DNA from: Elsinoe ampelina
Taxonomy: Eukaryota
Length of the DNA: 64,000 nucleotides
NCBI GenBank assembly: GCA_010093995.1
Contig: ML992505.1
Span: 932,273-996,272 of the forward strand
Direction of reading: 5' to 3'
Below, one piece after another: positions 10,935 to 24,159 of this stretch. The notes under the pieces were generated by a model. It was not told the origin of the DNA. It ran no database searches and was given only the letters and a program-made list of their open reading frames with translations. The position numbers and the translations under genes were made by a program. Position 1 is the stretch's first letter, and every line of letters starts with the position of its first letter.

Positions 10935-13107
10935 ATGGTAATGAAGGTCCTCTGCGTGGCAGAGAAACCTTCGATCGCTAAAGCAGTTGCCCAGCATCTG
11001 GGAGGTGGGCAGGTCAGAAACGCAAGTATCCATGCATTATGGTTCGAAAGACATGGCTGATTGGAACAGAATCTCGCAAGCCGTCGAGAGGGTGAACACT
11101 ACATACGCAACTACGAGTTCAGCTTCGAGTTTCCAAGATGGGGACACTGCGAGGTTGTCATGACCTCGGTCACTGGCCATCTTGAGAGCCAGGACTTTGA
11201 ATCTCGTTATAGATCCTGGAACAGCTGTACCCCTGATGCTCTCTTTGAGGCCGGTATCGCAGTCTACATAGATGATGGACGGAAATTCATTGCCGAGAAT
11301 ATCGAGCGGCAAGCCCGCTACTCGCAGAAGCTTTTCATCTGGACAGATTGTGATCGCGAAGGCGAATATATTGGCACAGAAATCAGGTCTGTCGCAAGCA
11401 AATCCAATCCCCGACTTCTCCAGGCTGGAAACATTGCTCGAGCAAAATTCTCGAACATAGAGCGGCAGCATGTCATCAACGCCGCACGTAATCCTGTTGA
11501 GCTCGATGACCGGCAAGCCAACGCAGTCGGGGCGCGTATGGAGCTCGATCTTCGGATTGGCGCTTGCTTCACTCGTTTGCTCACGTTGAATCTGAAGTCA
11601 ATGATTCAACACATCTCAGAGGATGTCAAGGTCATCAGCTATGGCAGCTGTCAATTCCCAACCTTGGGCTTTGTTGTCGATCGTTACTTTCAGGTCCGAA
11701 ATTTCGTACCCGAGCCATTCTGGTCCATCAAGGTCATGCACACCAAGGACAAGATCAGAGTCAACTTTTCATGGGCTCGGAGTCGACTCTTCGATCGAAT
11801 GACCGTGGTGATCCTGTTCGAGCGATGTCTGGCTGCGAAATACGCCTCTGTGACTCGAGTGCAGCAAAAGCCAGCATCGAAGTGGCGACCGCTGCCACTC
11901 ACGACTGTCGAGCTGCAAAAGATGGGCAGTAGATATCTCCGCATCGACAGTCAGCGAATCATGACCGTGGCCGAAAAGCTTTACAACAAAGGTTTCATCA
12001 GCTACCCTCGTACGGAAACAGATCGATTCGACAGGAATGCTGATCTCCAACGACTGATTCAGAACCAAACCCAGTCAGCGACATGGGGCACGTACGCTCA
12101 GAGGTAAGCCGCGCAGAATCTCTCCTATGTCCATTGCCTGACCAAGTACAGTCTACTCGATGGGGGCTACAGATTCCCTAAAGAGGGTAGAAATGATGAC
12201 AAAGCTCACCCACCGATTCACCCAGTCACTTTTGTCACGCCGGCCAATCTCGAAAGCGACGACGAACGCAAGGTCTTGGAATTTGTTGTACGACGATTCT
12301 TAGCTTGCTGCTCGGAAGACGCACGGGGATCACGAAGCGAAGTGGAGATACTGTATGGCAGCGAGATCTTCAAGGCATCAGGCCTGACAGTCCTGGAAAA
12401 GAATTATCTCGACATCTACGTGTATGAGAAATGGACGAGCACGGAGGAACTACCTCACTTCGAAGTTGGAGAGACTTTCGAGCCTGATGAAGCCCGCATT
12501 CACGACGGTAAAACAGCAAAGCCAGGGTATCTGACTGAACCGGAATTGATCGCTCTCATGGATGCCAACGGAATCGGGACCGATGCTACCATGGCTGAGC
12601 ATATCGCAAAGATCAAAGATAGACAGTATGTGAAGGTGCAGGCTGGGACAGCTAGGCGTACTTTTGGAGACGAAGAAGAGAATGAAGGCCAGCCTGTTGC
12701 CAGGGCTGCTGGCGGAGGTCGAGGAAGACCGCCGCCGCCCATGGGCGAATTCATACCGACCACGCTCGGAGTGGCTCTATATCAAGGATATGAAAATATG
12801 GGGTTCGAGACGAGCTTGACCAAGCCGCATCTGCGCAAGGAGGTAAGCCTGGAATATGGTGGCTCATCATGACCGCTTGGCTGACATGGCATAGATGGAG
12901 CTCAAAATGAAAGAGATATGCAACGGCCGTGCAACCAAAGCGGAGGTCGTGTACGAAAGTTTGAACATGCACCGGGAGGTTTACCTACGAACGAATCAAA
13001 GGATGGAAGTCCTGCGGAGTGTATGTCTACCCGACGTCGTGTCATGGGCTATAGCTGATGAAGAATCTCAGTCCTTCAGAAGATATGTCCTCGGGGACGC
13101 TGGATGA
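10935..13107 (+). CDS. TOP3: DNA topoisomerase III (type IA), 5 exons
   Basis: TOPRIM start KVLCVAEKPSIAK, WTDCDREGE, SYGSCQFPTLGF, catalytic GFISYPRTET, AHPPIHP, GIGTDAT. Introns ~11022..11069, 12104..12151, 12843..12894, 13021..13071. Confidence 0.96.
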
Positions 13108-13836
13108 AGTACCAAGTCGCGTCCAGCTTGAGCTACTTCGCTCCGACGGAACGACGATAAACGAATGGCGGGCATGATTTTGGCAGGGATGGAGGAGCCG
13201 CGAGGCGGGCCGGTGGCTTTATGGGGTACCATTTGGCGAACCTGCGACTGGGGACTCGGAGAGGCTTGATTGGCTTGCCCATCCAGATGCAGTGTCGCCG
13301 AAGTGGGGCGCACGGCTAAAGTGAGGATGGTATTCTTCACTATCACGGCCCGACGTTGACACGCACGTGGGACTGAGTAGAGATTAGGACGAAGTCCCCT
13401 TCAAGTATGAAACGAGCATGTATAGAAGTCAGGAAATGGTCGGACCAAAAGACTGCCAACTTGTCAAACGGTGGTCTTCCCCACTGTCCTAAATTTTTGC
13501 TCAGACGGAGGCGCGTCTGTCTGCCCTCGGTCCTCCAAATCTCGTTGAAGTCGATCTCAAGGGCCCAGAACTTTGATCTTCACTCCCGACGTTCAAAAGT
13601 GTCTCTGAAGAAAATCAGTCGTTGGGGAGCTCGAATACGATCACTGCTGCTGCTGGTAGAGGTTGACCGAATTGATTATTGACAGGCAGCGAGGCTCTGT
13701 GGCTCGCCCTCGAAGCATTTGCCAGCTGACACAACCTGCAACGCCTTTCCGCACCCTTCTTTCATGTTGACTTGAGACATCTCCAGACTTCAGACTCGCC
13801 GCCCCGTCACGTCCACAGACACGCGTGACGCTGAGC

Positions 13837-16800
13837 ATGAGTTCGTCCCCAAATCCGCCTGATGGTATGCCTCTGCAAATAGGAAGGAAGAGTAGCCGTC
13901 AATACTTACACACCCCTGTAGCCGGTCAATCACATGCGCAACCCCTCCATGCCGAGTCCTCCCCCCATGAGCCTTTCTCAAGGGCTCAGAGCACAACCAG
14001 TCTCATGTCATATTCGACCTCACCGAATGAGCTGTCACGGAGTAGAACATATGATTCACCCACGGAACACTCGTCCATGACAGCGTATGTCCACAAGAGC
14101 AAAATCTCCACCTCGGTGTAGCAAAATGACAATTTGCTAACTTCTGTTCCGAACAGTTTGGAGCGTGATAATGGTTTACGACGCATCCGGCAGGCACCCT
14201 CAACTTCACGAAAGGCATCTGATCCAAATCCTAAGCTACCTCGAAACTCGTCCTTCACTTTGAACCTCTCACAATCTCAAAACCCCTCGCGAAGACCATC
14301 AGTGACAAACCCTTCAGGACCGCCTTCACCAGTCCTACAATTCAGCGAAGACCTCGCCCGCTTCCCGCAAGAGTCCTTGCACTCCTTCTCCTTCGCCCAA
14401 CAAGCCGACACATCACTGCATAGCCGGCAAAATGTTTTAAAGAGGTCGATAGATTTTATGAGAGATAGGGTCGGATGGGCAGCAGGGAACCCAGGCATAC
14501 TAGACGCTCACGCTCGGGTAACCGGAGACGAGGAGGTACAAATGATGTTGGATCTGCTAAAGCGAGCAAACCTTGTAGGACCAGGGGGTTCGGATACAGG
14601 AGGCATGGCTATCGGCCCGCTGACGGGACCGGCTATTCAAGGACAGGAGAACTTGTTTGAGAGGAGCTTTGCGCCAATATCAGAAAGTCCAACAGAGGAT
14701 ATTGATATGAACGGCAAGCTGGCGCCGGCTCATCCAAGCTTTCCGTCAAATTCGACCGAGCAAATCTCACCTACCACTGCTGCGGTCCAGGACACTGCTG
14801 AAAGTTTGACGGGAACAGCAGGGATCAAGCAGAACTCGGGCATACCGAAAATTGATACCCAAAACGTGCCTTCACGAGACGCTGCTGCTGCTGCCGCTGA
14901 AGATCCTTCGCCACTGCTTGCTCGGCGATCACAGCTGAAACGAACTTTCACTGACATTGCTGGGTATAGTTTACAAGATCGGCTATCGACAGCGCTCGCA
15001 AAACCGTATTTGGCAACAAGTCAAGCGAATAGACAGGCAGAGACACTCATCTCACCAAGATTCCCGCCCAACCAGCAAATCGAGCAACCCAAGAGAAACA
15101 TGACAATTGCATCAAACGGAGCAGCGCATACACATGGCACTCGACAGAACGCAGCAGCTCAGGCCATTTTTACTACCGACATTAACTCGCCATGGACGAT
15201 TACTGCCGCCAACGATCTTGCCTGTCTTGTCTTTGGAGTGACTCGAGCCGAGGTCCGCAAGATGGGCATCATGGAAGTCATTCGACCCGAGAGACGAAGA
15301 TGGCTGGAGAGCAAATTGAGACCATCAGAGCCGGAACCAACGTTGCGGAGATCATCTTCGAAAAAGCAACCAGAACGAAGCAGCCCGAGTCCTTCGCCAG
15401 CCACAACGAGCGCCATGGGTAATGGCGTCACCGCAAAATTGCTCAGTAAGCCTCCTGCGAGGCAGACGTATCAAAGTAGACGGGCAAGAACAGCGGACGG
15501 AGCGGGAGTCGACACGTCCACGGCAAAGTTGCAGAGATCAAACAGCTTCAAGGACAAGTCACGTGGTGTTTTACTCTGCGGCGACGTCATTCCGATACAG
15601 AAACGAAATGGTGCTACTGGGTCAGCGACGTTGTGGGTTAAGGAGAAACAAGGTGGTCTGATATGGGTGCTGGAAGAAATTGCCGAGGATGTAGCAAATC
15701 TGTCACTTGACGACATAGGTTGCGTCACAAAAGGAGAGGGTGCTATCGAGGCCATCTTCGGTCTGGAACGAGTGCGGCGAGGCATGGATGTTCAGAAGCT
15801 TGTGCCGAAACTACCAAAGCAACGAGGGACTCATACCGGAGCTCTGGATTGGGACGAGATACAGATGACCAGGCGATACACTGCACGGACGGCGAACAAC
15901 ACGAATATCCCGGTCACGGTCGATTTGATACCCGACGAGCCTACCATCAGAGTCTCCAGCTTCCCTCATATCGCCGGTATCATGGTACTCTCGTCACAAA
16001 CTCTGGAAATCACAAGCTCAAATTCCGTCTTTTCTGCTGCACTGTTTGGGCATGAGAACCCCGATGGCCTTCACATCACGAAGCTGGTTCCGCAGTTTGA
16101 CAAGCTCTTGAGCTTGATATCGGATGAGGACTCCATCGAGCTCAAGGACGGTATTGTCATACCCGAGCATAGTTTTCGAAGGGCAAGGGCATTGCTAGCA
16201 GTCAAAGACGGTCGCGCAGATGCTGCCGCATTCTTCTTACATCCGACTGGCTTACCAGCAATCCATCGCGACGGCACAGAAATCATGGTCGATGTACAGA
16301 TGCGAGTGGTCAAGTCAGAACCAAAGCCAGAGAGGCCACGGGACACCATTGTCGAAGAGCAAGACTCGGAGCCTGCCACACCCACCCAGTCGACGCCAAC
16401 GGTGTCGTTCGCCCTCTGGATCACCTACTCGAAGCAATTGCATGCTGTGAATCACACAATGACCCCAGTGACTCCGCTCATGATCTCTCGTCCAGGAACA
16501 CCTCCGCGGCAGCTGTCGCCAGGGCAGCCATCTCCAGACAACGAGAAGGCCTCAGAGCAGGAGGATTCGGGCTACGAAGGTCCTAACAAGGCCGACGCCC
16601 AATACATGTCTGCTCCCCCGACTCCAACGCCTTTGTCGCTACAACTACAAGAGGCTTCTTCGTCTCCCTTGGCCCCTGCACTCGAGACTGAGCTTTTCGA
16701 GCACCCGTCGCCTGCTGCCCTGGCTGCAGGTGCAAAGCTTACAAAGAAGAAACTCATTTCAGACTTTGTCATCCTCGAGGAAATGGGCAAAGGTGCATAT

Positions 16801-17655
16801 GGAGAGGTCAAGCTGGTACGGTATAAGAAGGCTAATGCGCAGAAAATGGTGATCAAGTATGTTACGAAGCGACGAATCTTGGTTGACACATGGACGAGAG
16901 ATCGTAAGCTCGGAACAGTGCCTCTCGAGATTCACGTCCTGGACTACCTGCGCAAAGATGGACTTCAACATGACAACATCGTTGAGATGGCCGACTTCTT
17001 CGAGGACGACATCAACTACTATATCGAGATGATTCCCCACGGTCTACCCGGTGTGGATCTGTTTGACTACATCGAGTTGAGAGTAAACATGGAGGAAAGA
17101 GAATGCCGCAGCATTTTCGTTCAAGTGGCTGCAGCGCTGCATCATCTCCATATCAAGGCGAGGGTGGTGCACAGAGACATCAAAGACGAGAACGTGATTC
17201 TTGATGGTGAAGGTCGAGTCAAGTTGGCCGACTTTGGCAGTGCGGCCTACATCAAGAGCGGTCCTTTTGATGTCTTTGTTGGGACCATTGGTGAGTGATT
17301 CCATTCTACTCATTTCGTGATGCGACACTAATGCTTTACAGATTACGCGGCACCGGAGGTTCTCCGCGGCTCACCCTACCGTGGCAAAGAACAAGACGTG
17401 TGGGCCCTGGGCATCTTGCTGTACACCATCGTCTACAAGGAAAATCCGTTCTACAGCATTGATGAAATTATGGACCACGATCTACGGGTGCCGTACGTCA
17501 TGAGCGAGGACTGCCTCGATCTCATCAGAAAGATGCTGGACCGGGACGTGGAAAGGAGGATCGGTATTCAGGACGTAGTAAACCATCCCTGGTGCATTGC
17601 TTCTGACGAGGGAGGACCAGGTGATGGAAGGGTGGAATTAGAGGCCGAGTCGTGA
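13837..17655 (+). CDS. PAS-domain Ser/Thr protein kinase (Psk1/Psk2, Ppk6 family), 3 exons
   Basis: PAS-like segment AIFTT...AANDLACLVFG. Kinase motifs GKGAYG, RILVDTWTRDRKLGTVPLEIHVL, HRDIKDEN, DFG, GTIDYAAPE. Introns 14085..14156 and 17291..17341. Confidence 0.93.
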
Positions 17656-17890
17656 TTGCTAATACCTTGGTTGATGATGGCTCAACGTTCAATCCATGAA
17701 AGGAGTGTATAAAGGGTCAATTTTCCTGCACAAAAGCGGCATGGGACGGTCACTAGACGGCAATGTAGAAGCAGCATGGACGGGATCAATGAACAACCAT
17801 GACATGATACCAAATTGCCGCTCTCTCCAAACATAAAGACCATGTCCCTCCTCCCGCGCATAGTTACCATCCATCGCCTCGATCTCGCCC

Positions 17891-18990
17891 TCACAACTTC
17901 GCCTTCCTCCCACTCTTCGCATCCTTGGGCACCATATCCTCCCCCAGCACAATCTCCGGATACCCCCTCCCCCCCGTCATCGTCGCCAGACCCCCAGGCA
18001 ACCTCCACGCCGCCCCATCGACGACCAAGACATGCCCACTAACATAATCCCCAGTGTCGGCCAACAAAAACACCGTCGCGTCCGCAATCTCCTTGACCCT
18101 CCCCAACCTCCCCAACGGAATCGGCCTGGCCACGCTCCCCGCCTCCCGATCCGCTTTGCTGCTCAACCGCTCCATGCCTTCGGTCCCCTCGATGCCGCCG
18201 GGGGAAATGACGTTGGAAGTGACGCCGCGGGGGCCGTACTCGAGGGCGACGGAGGCGGAGAGGGCGTCGACGCCGGCTTTGGCGGAGGCGACGTGCGATT
18301 GGAATGGCATGCCGGTGAAGTGGAACGTGGCGGAGATGAAGATGATGCGGCCGCCTGTGCGGGGGGAGGGGGAGGGGGAGGAGCGGGCGGCGGAGGTGAG
18401 GAGGTGGGGGAGGGTGGCTTTGAGGGTGTTGTAGGAGCCGAGCAGGTCGATCTCGAGGACGGTGCGGAAGGCGTTGGAGCTGAGGGTGGAGATGGGGGAG
18501 AGGAAGTTGCCGGCTGCTCCGGCGCTGGGAAGGGGGTTTAGATGGGTTCAGGGGAAGCGGTGGGTGTCAGGGAATGATGTGGTGAGAGAATGGGGAGAGG
18601 TGTTAAGGGGAGGGGGAAGGGGGACGTACATCACGTAGTCTATTTGTCCGAGCTCGGAGATGCAGGAGGCGACGGCGGAGGTGAGGCTGTCGAGGGAGCG
18701 CACGTCGATGTTGCCGATGCCGAGGACTTTTGCTCCTGAGCGGGCGGTGGCGATGTCTGCGGCCATGCGTTTGGTCTTTTCTTCGTTGCGGCCGATGATG
18801 CAGGCATTTGCGCCGAGGTGGACTAGGGCTCGTACCTGGGCGGAGCAGATGGTGCCGGCACCACCGGTGCAGAAGACGACTCGGTCATCTAGAATTGTCA
18901 GTTGCTTTATACGAAGATGATTAGGGATGACACACTGAAAATGCCTTCTTTCCATATGCTGGACACAAAGGTGGAGGGGGCTTGAGGCAT
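17891..18990 (-). CDS. SPS19: Peroxisomal 2,4-dienoyl-CoA reductase (SDR), 3 exons
   Basis: ATG 18990. TGGAGTICSAQ nucleotide-binding motif, IAGAAGNF, QSHVASAKAGVDAL. C-terminal PTS1 -AKL. Introns 18935..18889 and 18629..18525. Confidence 0.92.
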
Positions 18991-19437
18991 AGCAGAAAGG
19001 AACTTCTTGGTATTCCACGGCCAAGTAATTATTACTGAAGCGAAATTGAGATACTTGAAAGAGATGTAGCTATACTTGACACATTTTACTGTCGTTACAA
19101 TTGCTTGTGGTGGTTGTTGTGATGACTATACAGCTTGAACCTCGGTGATGTCGTTGCCAAGCAAGTTGCCCTACAGAGCGTCAAAAATGGAGATGCAATG
19201 AACCATGAAATCATTAGGGGTATCCTGATAAGAGTCGGCGTAGTAGTTGCAGTAGGTCCATGGCTTTCTACTGATCGGGCCGATGTGGTTGTACAAGCCA
19301 ACGTGGGACGCTGATAGCAAGTTTGTCTTGCACGACAGTGGGCATCAAGTCATGCACATATATGTCGGCCACTCGTCACTTTGCAAGGATTAATCTCATC
19401 CATTTGTTCCCGGTGTCATCAACCTTGATACGTTCCC

Positions 19438-20014
19438 ATGGCAGACTCGGCGACCATACGTTTCGCTCGCAAAAGTGGTAAGCATATCTCTGTCTGATTT
19501 GCGTTCACGCTCTGAATATCCAGATGCCCATACCATCTACTCTCTCATTGAAGCCTCGGGCAAAGACCAAGGCGAAACCAGCATGGATGTCACGGAAGAG
19601 AGAGTAGCGCGCACAATCCACTTTGAGGACGAAGACCTACCACTTTCACTCCTCCCGAAGCGGTTTGCTTGGTGCCTGCTCATTGTAGCGCCAGAGGGCG
19701 ATGTCGCCGGACTTGCCATCTTCCTGTACAATTACGCAGCTTGGAGTGGTGAACCTGGTCTATACTTGGAAGAACTCTACGTTGTGCCAAAGTACAGATC
19801 TCGTGGGTATGCCATGCAGTTGATCGAAGCTATGGCAAAGGAAGGGCAAAAAGCCGGATGCGTCAAGATTGAATGGGTATGCTTGAAGAGAAATGCGAGA
19901 GCCCTTGCCTTCTATTCGAAGATGGGAGGACAAGTCAGGGAGGATTGGGCTTTGCTGTATGTCGATGAAGCTGGCATACAAAAGCTTGCGGCCTCGAGTA
20001 AAGGGTCTCAATAG
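19438..20014 (+). CDS. GNAT N-acetyltransferase (diamine/SSAT-like), 2 exons
   Basis: ATG 19438 MADSATIRFARKS, intron 19478..19524, LYLEELYVVPKYRSRGYA acetyl-CoA motif, NARALAFY. Confidence 0.85.
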
Positions 20015-21081
20015 AAGTGTTTTACAGGCCGGTTGATGAATCGCATCGATATTTGGACATGGTCATGGCCTGGCAGTTCCCCTTGAGCAAAAGCACGTGG
20101 TAGCCGAGGATCAACCTCTGGCAGTTCCCAACGGAGTGATAGGTCCCGCGACACGAATTGATCTGCTCAGCCGCAACAGGGTCACGTCGGTCACGCCAGA
20201 CCCTGCAGGATCGACGAGTTCGACATAAGCAAAACGAGGGCGGCGATTGGGGGAAGATTGGGCGCACAGAGTCTCTTGACTGCGGGAACGGCAGATCTCG
20301 GGGTGGCTTGAGTTGGAGTCCTTGGAGAGAGGCACGCGGCCATTCCTCGACTCGAGAGCATACAATGTCGTTATCTTGCAGCATATCTAAAGACAGCACG
20401 AGGACTTTTGACGGTGACGGATCTGTCTCGTGACGATATGACGGCCATGCAAAATTGGTTGCTCACTCTTCTCGTGAGACGACGAATGGCCAAGTTCTAT
20501 TACCGTGCAGGGAAGGTTTCTGATTGCCCCCCACCAAAACGCACAGACTTCCCCACCATTTGGACCCAAAAGGCAAGAGCGGGCCCTGAGAAGCGATAAA
20601 CCGAATGCAAGTGGGCGGCGTGACTGCTGCCACCGAAAGAGGCCATCCTCAGCTCCACGACTCGGCCAGATCCCGCCATAAGACCACGCAAAAGCACGCG
20701 AGGCCTCGTATGTTGTTGTCCTTGGTCTTTCCGTCCTCTTTCCTTTCCCATCTCGCCAGACATTGGTGTTTCTGCGTTCGAATGGACCCGAAAAGACCAA
20801 CCGCCGTTAACGCCGAATAAGCCTAAACCTGGCCCACTACCTCGACCGCTCCCACTATCGCTTCCTCCAACTGTCACTACACCGGCGGGCCCGAGAGACC
20901 ACTGCTGGCCCAGACTGTCCATATTCTTCTTATTCAGTGTGGAAATCTGCCATGACCTGAACTCCGTCAAACTCACGCTCGCTGGCCGATTGCTCCACTG
21001 CGGCGTATTTGCTCGCTCCGCCTCCCCCGAACAGACACTGTAAATCCCGCAGTATCTCAAGCCCCGACTACGACGACCACA

Positions 21082-23358
21082 ATGGCGGCACTGGAAATTC
21101 GAATCCTTCCAGAGGAGGACTCTTCCACCCCCCCCTCGCCGGAACCACAATCTCCAATCTCTCCGACCACTCCTACACATCTCGAGGGTCCACCGCAGAA
21201 CCTCAAAGGCCGGAGGCGATTGCTCAATGGCTTCCAACGCATGTCTTCTTCTCCTTCCCTCGCCCGGATGGGCAGGACTTCCTCCTCGGGCTATAAGAAT
21301 GGCAAGGCCTCAGTGTCTTGTATCTCTTTGTCCTCCGCCGGTAACACACCCTACGGCTCGCCCTTTGGGTCCAGCCTAAGTGCTGAGCTATCCTCGGGTG
21401 TCAATACGCCCAACTCTACAGCCTCAACCCCTGGTATTCAGATTCCTGCCTTTGACGAACGAGCTCGCCTTCGCTACCTCGAGAAGCTGAAGACGAACGG
21501 CACTGCTGCCATTCCTCGGTCTGTAGCACGTGTGGCCAATACCCCGGGCATTGCCGAAGAGGAGGACTATTTCTCCAGCAAGGCGATTACAAAAACCAGA
21601 CAGCGTCGGCCAAACTTTAACTTCTGGCAAGAGCTTCCGTCAGAGATCAGAACTGAAATCCTGTCCTACCTTGACCCCAAGGAAGTGGTCCGCTGCTCAG
21701 CAGTCTCAAAAGCATGGAACAAGCACTGTTTCGATGGTCAGCTCTGGGCAGTGCTGGATACTTGCGAGTTTTACCAGCGAATCCCCGCCGATGCTTTGGT
21801 TACGATAATCACATCTGCCGGACCATTCGTCCGCGACCTCAACCTGCGAGGTTGCGTTCAGCTTAGGGAGAAATGGCACTCTGGCGGCTTCGCAGACGCT
21901 TGCAGGAACTTGGAGTACTTCTCTCTCGAGGGCTGTAGAATCGACAGGACTTCGATTCACTGCTTTCTCCTGCAGAACCCGCGACTGGTACACATCAATC
22001 TATCTGGTCTAGCAGGTGTCACCAACCAGGCAATGAAAATCATTGCTCAGAGGTGCCCTCGTCTCGAGCATCTGAATGTGTCTTGGTGCAACAATGTGGA
22101 CACCCGAGGCTTGCGAAAGGTTGTCGAGTCTTGTCCTCGCCTGTCAGACCTGCGAGCTGGCGAGATACGTGGTTGGGACGACCTAGATTTCCTCCAGCTC
22201 CTCTTTGAGAACAATTCTCTCGAGCGTCTGATTTTGATGAATTGTGACTCCTTCACTGATGAGTCGCTGAAAGTTCTGATCAGAGGGAAAGAGCCCGAGG
22301 TCGACCTGCTCACTGGAAGACCTATGGTCCCACCTCGTCGCCTCAAGCACCTGGATCTCAGTCGATGTCGGGGTGTGACAGACATTGGTCTTCGCGTGTG
22401 CGTCAACAACTTGGAGAACATTGAGGGTCTCCAGCTCTCGAAATGCTCGACACTTACTGATGCGTCTCTGGATGACCTAATTCCTACGATGCCGAATCTC
22501 ACTCATCTTGATCTAGAAGAGCTGGACCAATTGACAAATGGCTCGTTGCAGACGCTCGCCAACTCACCATGTGCACCACATCTTCGGCACCTGTCTATCT
22601 CGTACTGCGAGAATCTAGGCGATACTGGAATGCTGCCAGTTCTGAAATCTTGCACTGCTCTCGAATCTCTCGACATGGACAACACGCGCATCTCCGATCT
22701 CGTACTCGCTGCGGCTGCGTCCATGGTCCGTAGTCGTTCTTCACGCACGACTGACGCGCATTCCAAGCCAGTCCCATCACTGCGTTTGGTGGCATACGAT
22801 TGCCAGAATGTGACTTGGACCGGTGTTCGTGAGATCATGTCCCGCAACGCCGAGGTTGTCACAGCTCGTAGAATGGTGCCGTCAACTGCGCGTGTGCCTG
22901 TACGCGTTGCGACACCAGAGCCTTTGTCTTCTTCATCAAGCTCGACTTCGCTCTCCAAGGGCTCACCGAGGCATTCGACAGACTATGCATCGCGACCTGT
23001 AGCGGCGCCAGCTCCTCCGACCGTCACTACCGAGACTGTCCAGCTGGTCAGGACATACCCGACCGAGATCATCGCTCTAAAGTGCTTCTACAATTATCAG
23101 CCAACCGTGCACGAGCACACGAAGCGTGTCCTGCGTGGGGACTTTGCTAGCGCCAACAGATTAGAGAGGAAGTGGGCCGAATTCATGATCGCTAATGAAG
23201 AGGCTGGTGCTGGGGGTGCCGGCGCCAGGAGAAGACGGCGGAGAGCGAGGGAAGCTCAGATGATGCATGCTGACGAGGAGAGCGAGGCGGGCGGTAACGG
23301 AGGTGTTGGTGGTGGACGAAGGCGAAGAGCTAGAAGCGGCGGGTGTGTGATGATGTGA
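21082..23358 (+). CDS. F-box/leucine-rich-repeat protein (FBXL2/20-like) with C-terminal CaaX
   Basis: F-box LPSEIRTEILSYL...RCSAVSKAW. Multiple cysteine-containing LRRs (LNLRGC, LNVSWC, LDLSRC, LSISYC). Ends RRRRARSGGCVMM. Confidence 0.92.
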   Translation: MAALEIRILPEEDSSTPPSPEPQSPISPTTPTHLEGPPQNLKGRRRLLNGFQRMSSSPSLARMGRTSSSGYKNGKASVSCISLSSAGNTPYGSPFGSSLSAELSSGVNTPNSTASTPGIQIPAFDERARLRYLEKLKTNGTAAIPRSVARVANTPGIAEEEDYFSSKAITKTRQRRPNFNFWQELPSEIRTEILSYLDPKEVVRCSAVSKAWNKHCFDGQLWAVLDTCEFYQRIPADALVTIITSAGPFVRDLNLRGCVQLREKWHSGGFADACRNLEYFSLEGCRIDRTSIHCFLLQNPRLVHINLSGLAGVTNQAMKIIAQRCPRLEHLNVSWCNNVDTRGLRKVVESCPRLSDLRAGEIRGWDDLDFLQLLFENNSLERLILMNCDSFTDESLKVLIRGKEPEVDLLTGRPMVPPRRLKHLDLSRCRGVTDIGLRVCVNNLENIEGLQLSKCSTLTDASLDDLIPTMPNLTHLDLEELDQLTNGSLQTLANSPCAPHLRHLSISYCENLGDTGMLPVLKSCTALESLDMDNTRISDLVLAAAASMVRSRSSRTTDAHSKPVPSLRLVAYDCQNVTWTGVREIMSRNAEVVTARRMVPSTARVPVRVATPEPLSSSSSSTSLSKGSPRHSTDYASRPVAAPAPPTVTTETVQLVRTYPTEIIALKCFYNYQPTVHEHTKRVLRGDFASANRLERKWAEFMIANEEAGAGGAGARRRRRRAREAQMMHADEESEAGGNGGVGGGRRRRARSGGCVMM

Positions 23359-23712
23359 ATATGATGAAGGAACTTATGAATTGAACGGCAAGAGAGGGGT
23401 TCTGGGATACATATGAACGGGCATGATTATGGTCAGGGCATTGAACGCTAACATGCACAAGATGGATTCAAGGAGCTGGAAGGATATACATGGCGTTTTG
23501 GATGATGGGCATTCCAGCTGGCGCGAGCCATGCACGATTCATGGACGGTGTTGCTTGACTTGCTGGAGTTCAGTCGGGGGATTGTCGGGGGATTGGCTTG
23601 GTCTGTGTTTCAGAGAATGTTCTCAGTGTTCAGTGTCATGTCAGACAGTCTGCATTGTTTTGGCAGTACTTTTATGAATCGCATTCAAACAAAGTCCTGC
23701 TTGACCGGAGGT

Positions 23713-23774
23713 GATCTCCGCAAATGGGAGCAGATCGATCGGATCTCATCAGATCGGACCGCTTTGACCAGATC
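23713..23774. promoter_or_regulatory. GATC cluster, candidate light-response element upstream of the photolyase
   Basis: GATC at 23713, 23733, 23737, 23742, 23752 and 23771, including GATCGATC and GATCGGACCGCT, about 390-450 bp upstream of ATG 24160. Confidence 0.5.
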
Positions 23775-24159
23775 TGAGCTCCACAAATGTCATCACTCGG
23801 CCAGGAACCAGATTCCAAAACGCCCTCCCACAATCTGCCATAGCTATCTCAGCTTCCTACATCTGCTTCATACGACTTCTGAGTCTACAGGTCGAGGCGC
23901 CTGATTTCCAAGATACTGCTGTACATCGCTCGCTCCTCGGTGATGTCCTGAACGACCACAATTGGAACTGGCGCAAACGATCGTATTTGGTCGCAACACT
24001 GTTCTGCTCGTCGCAAGTAGTTTGGAAGCTCCATTTCGTTTCAATTCGACCATTGGAAGCATTCTATATGGTCGTATAGCTGTACGGTCTCCTCAGCATC
24101 TGCTACTTTTCGCCAAAACACTACACTCTTTGAGACATCCCTCTTCCAATAGCTTCACA

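Noticed and set aside
13108..13836. GAAGTCCCC / GGGGACTC motifs resembling the RNase MRP P4 strand
   Set aside because: I could not find the matching 3' conserved region on the same strand.
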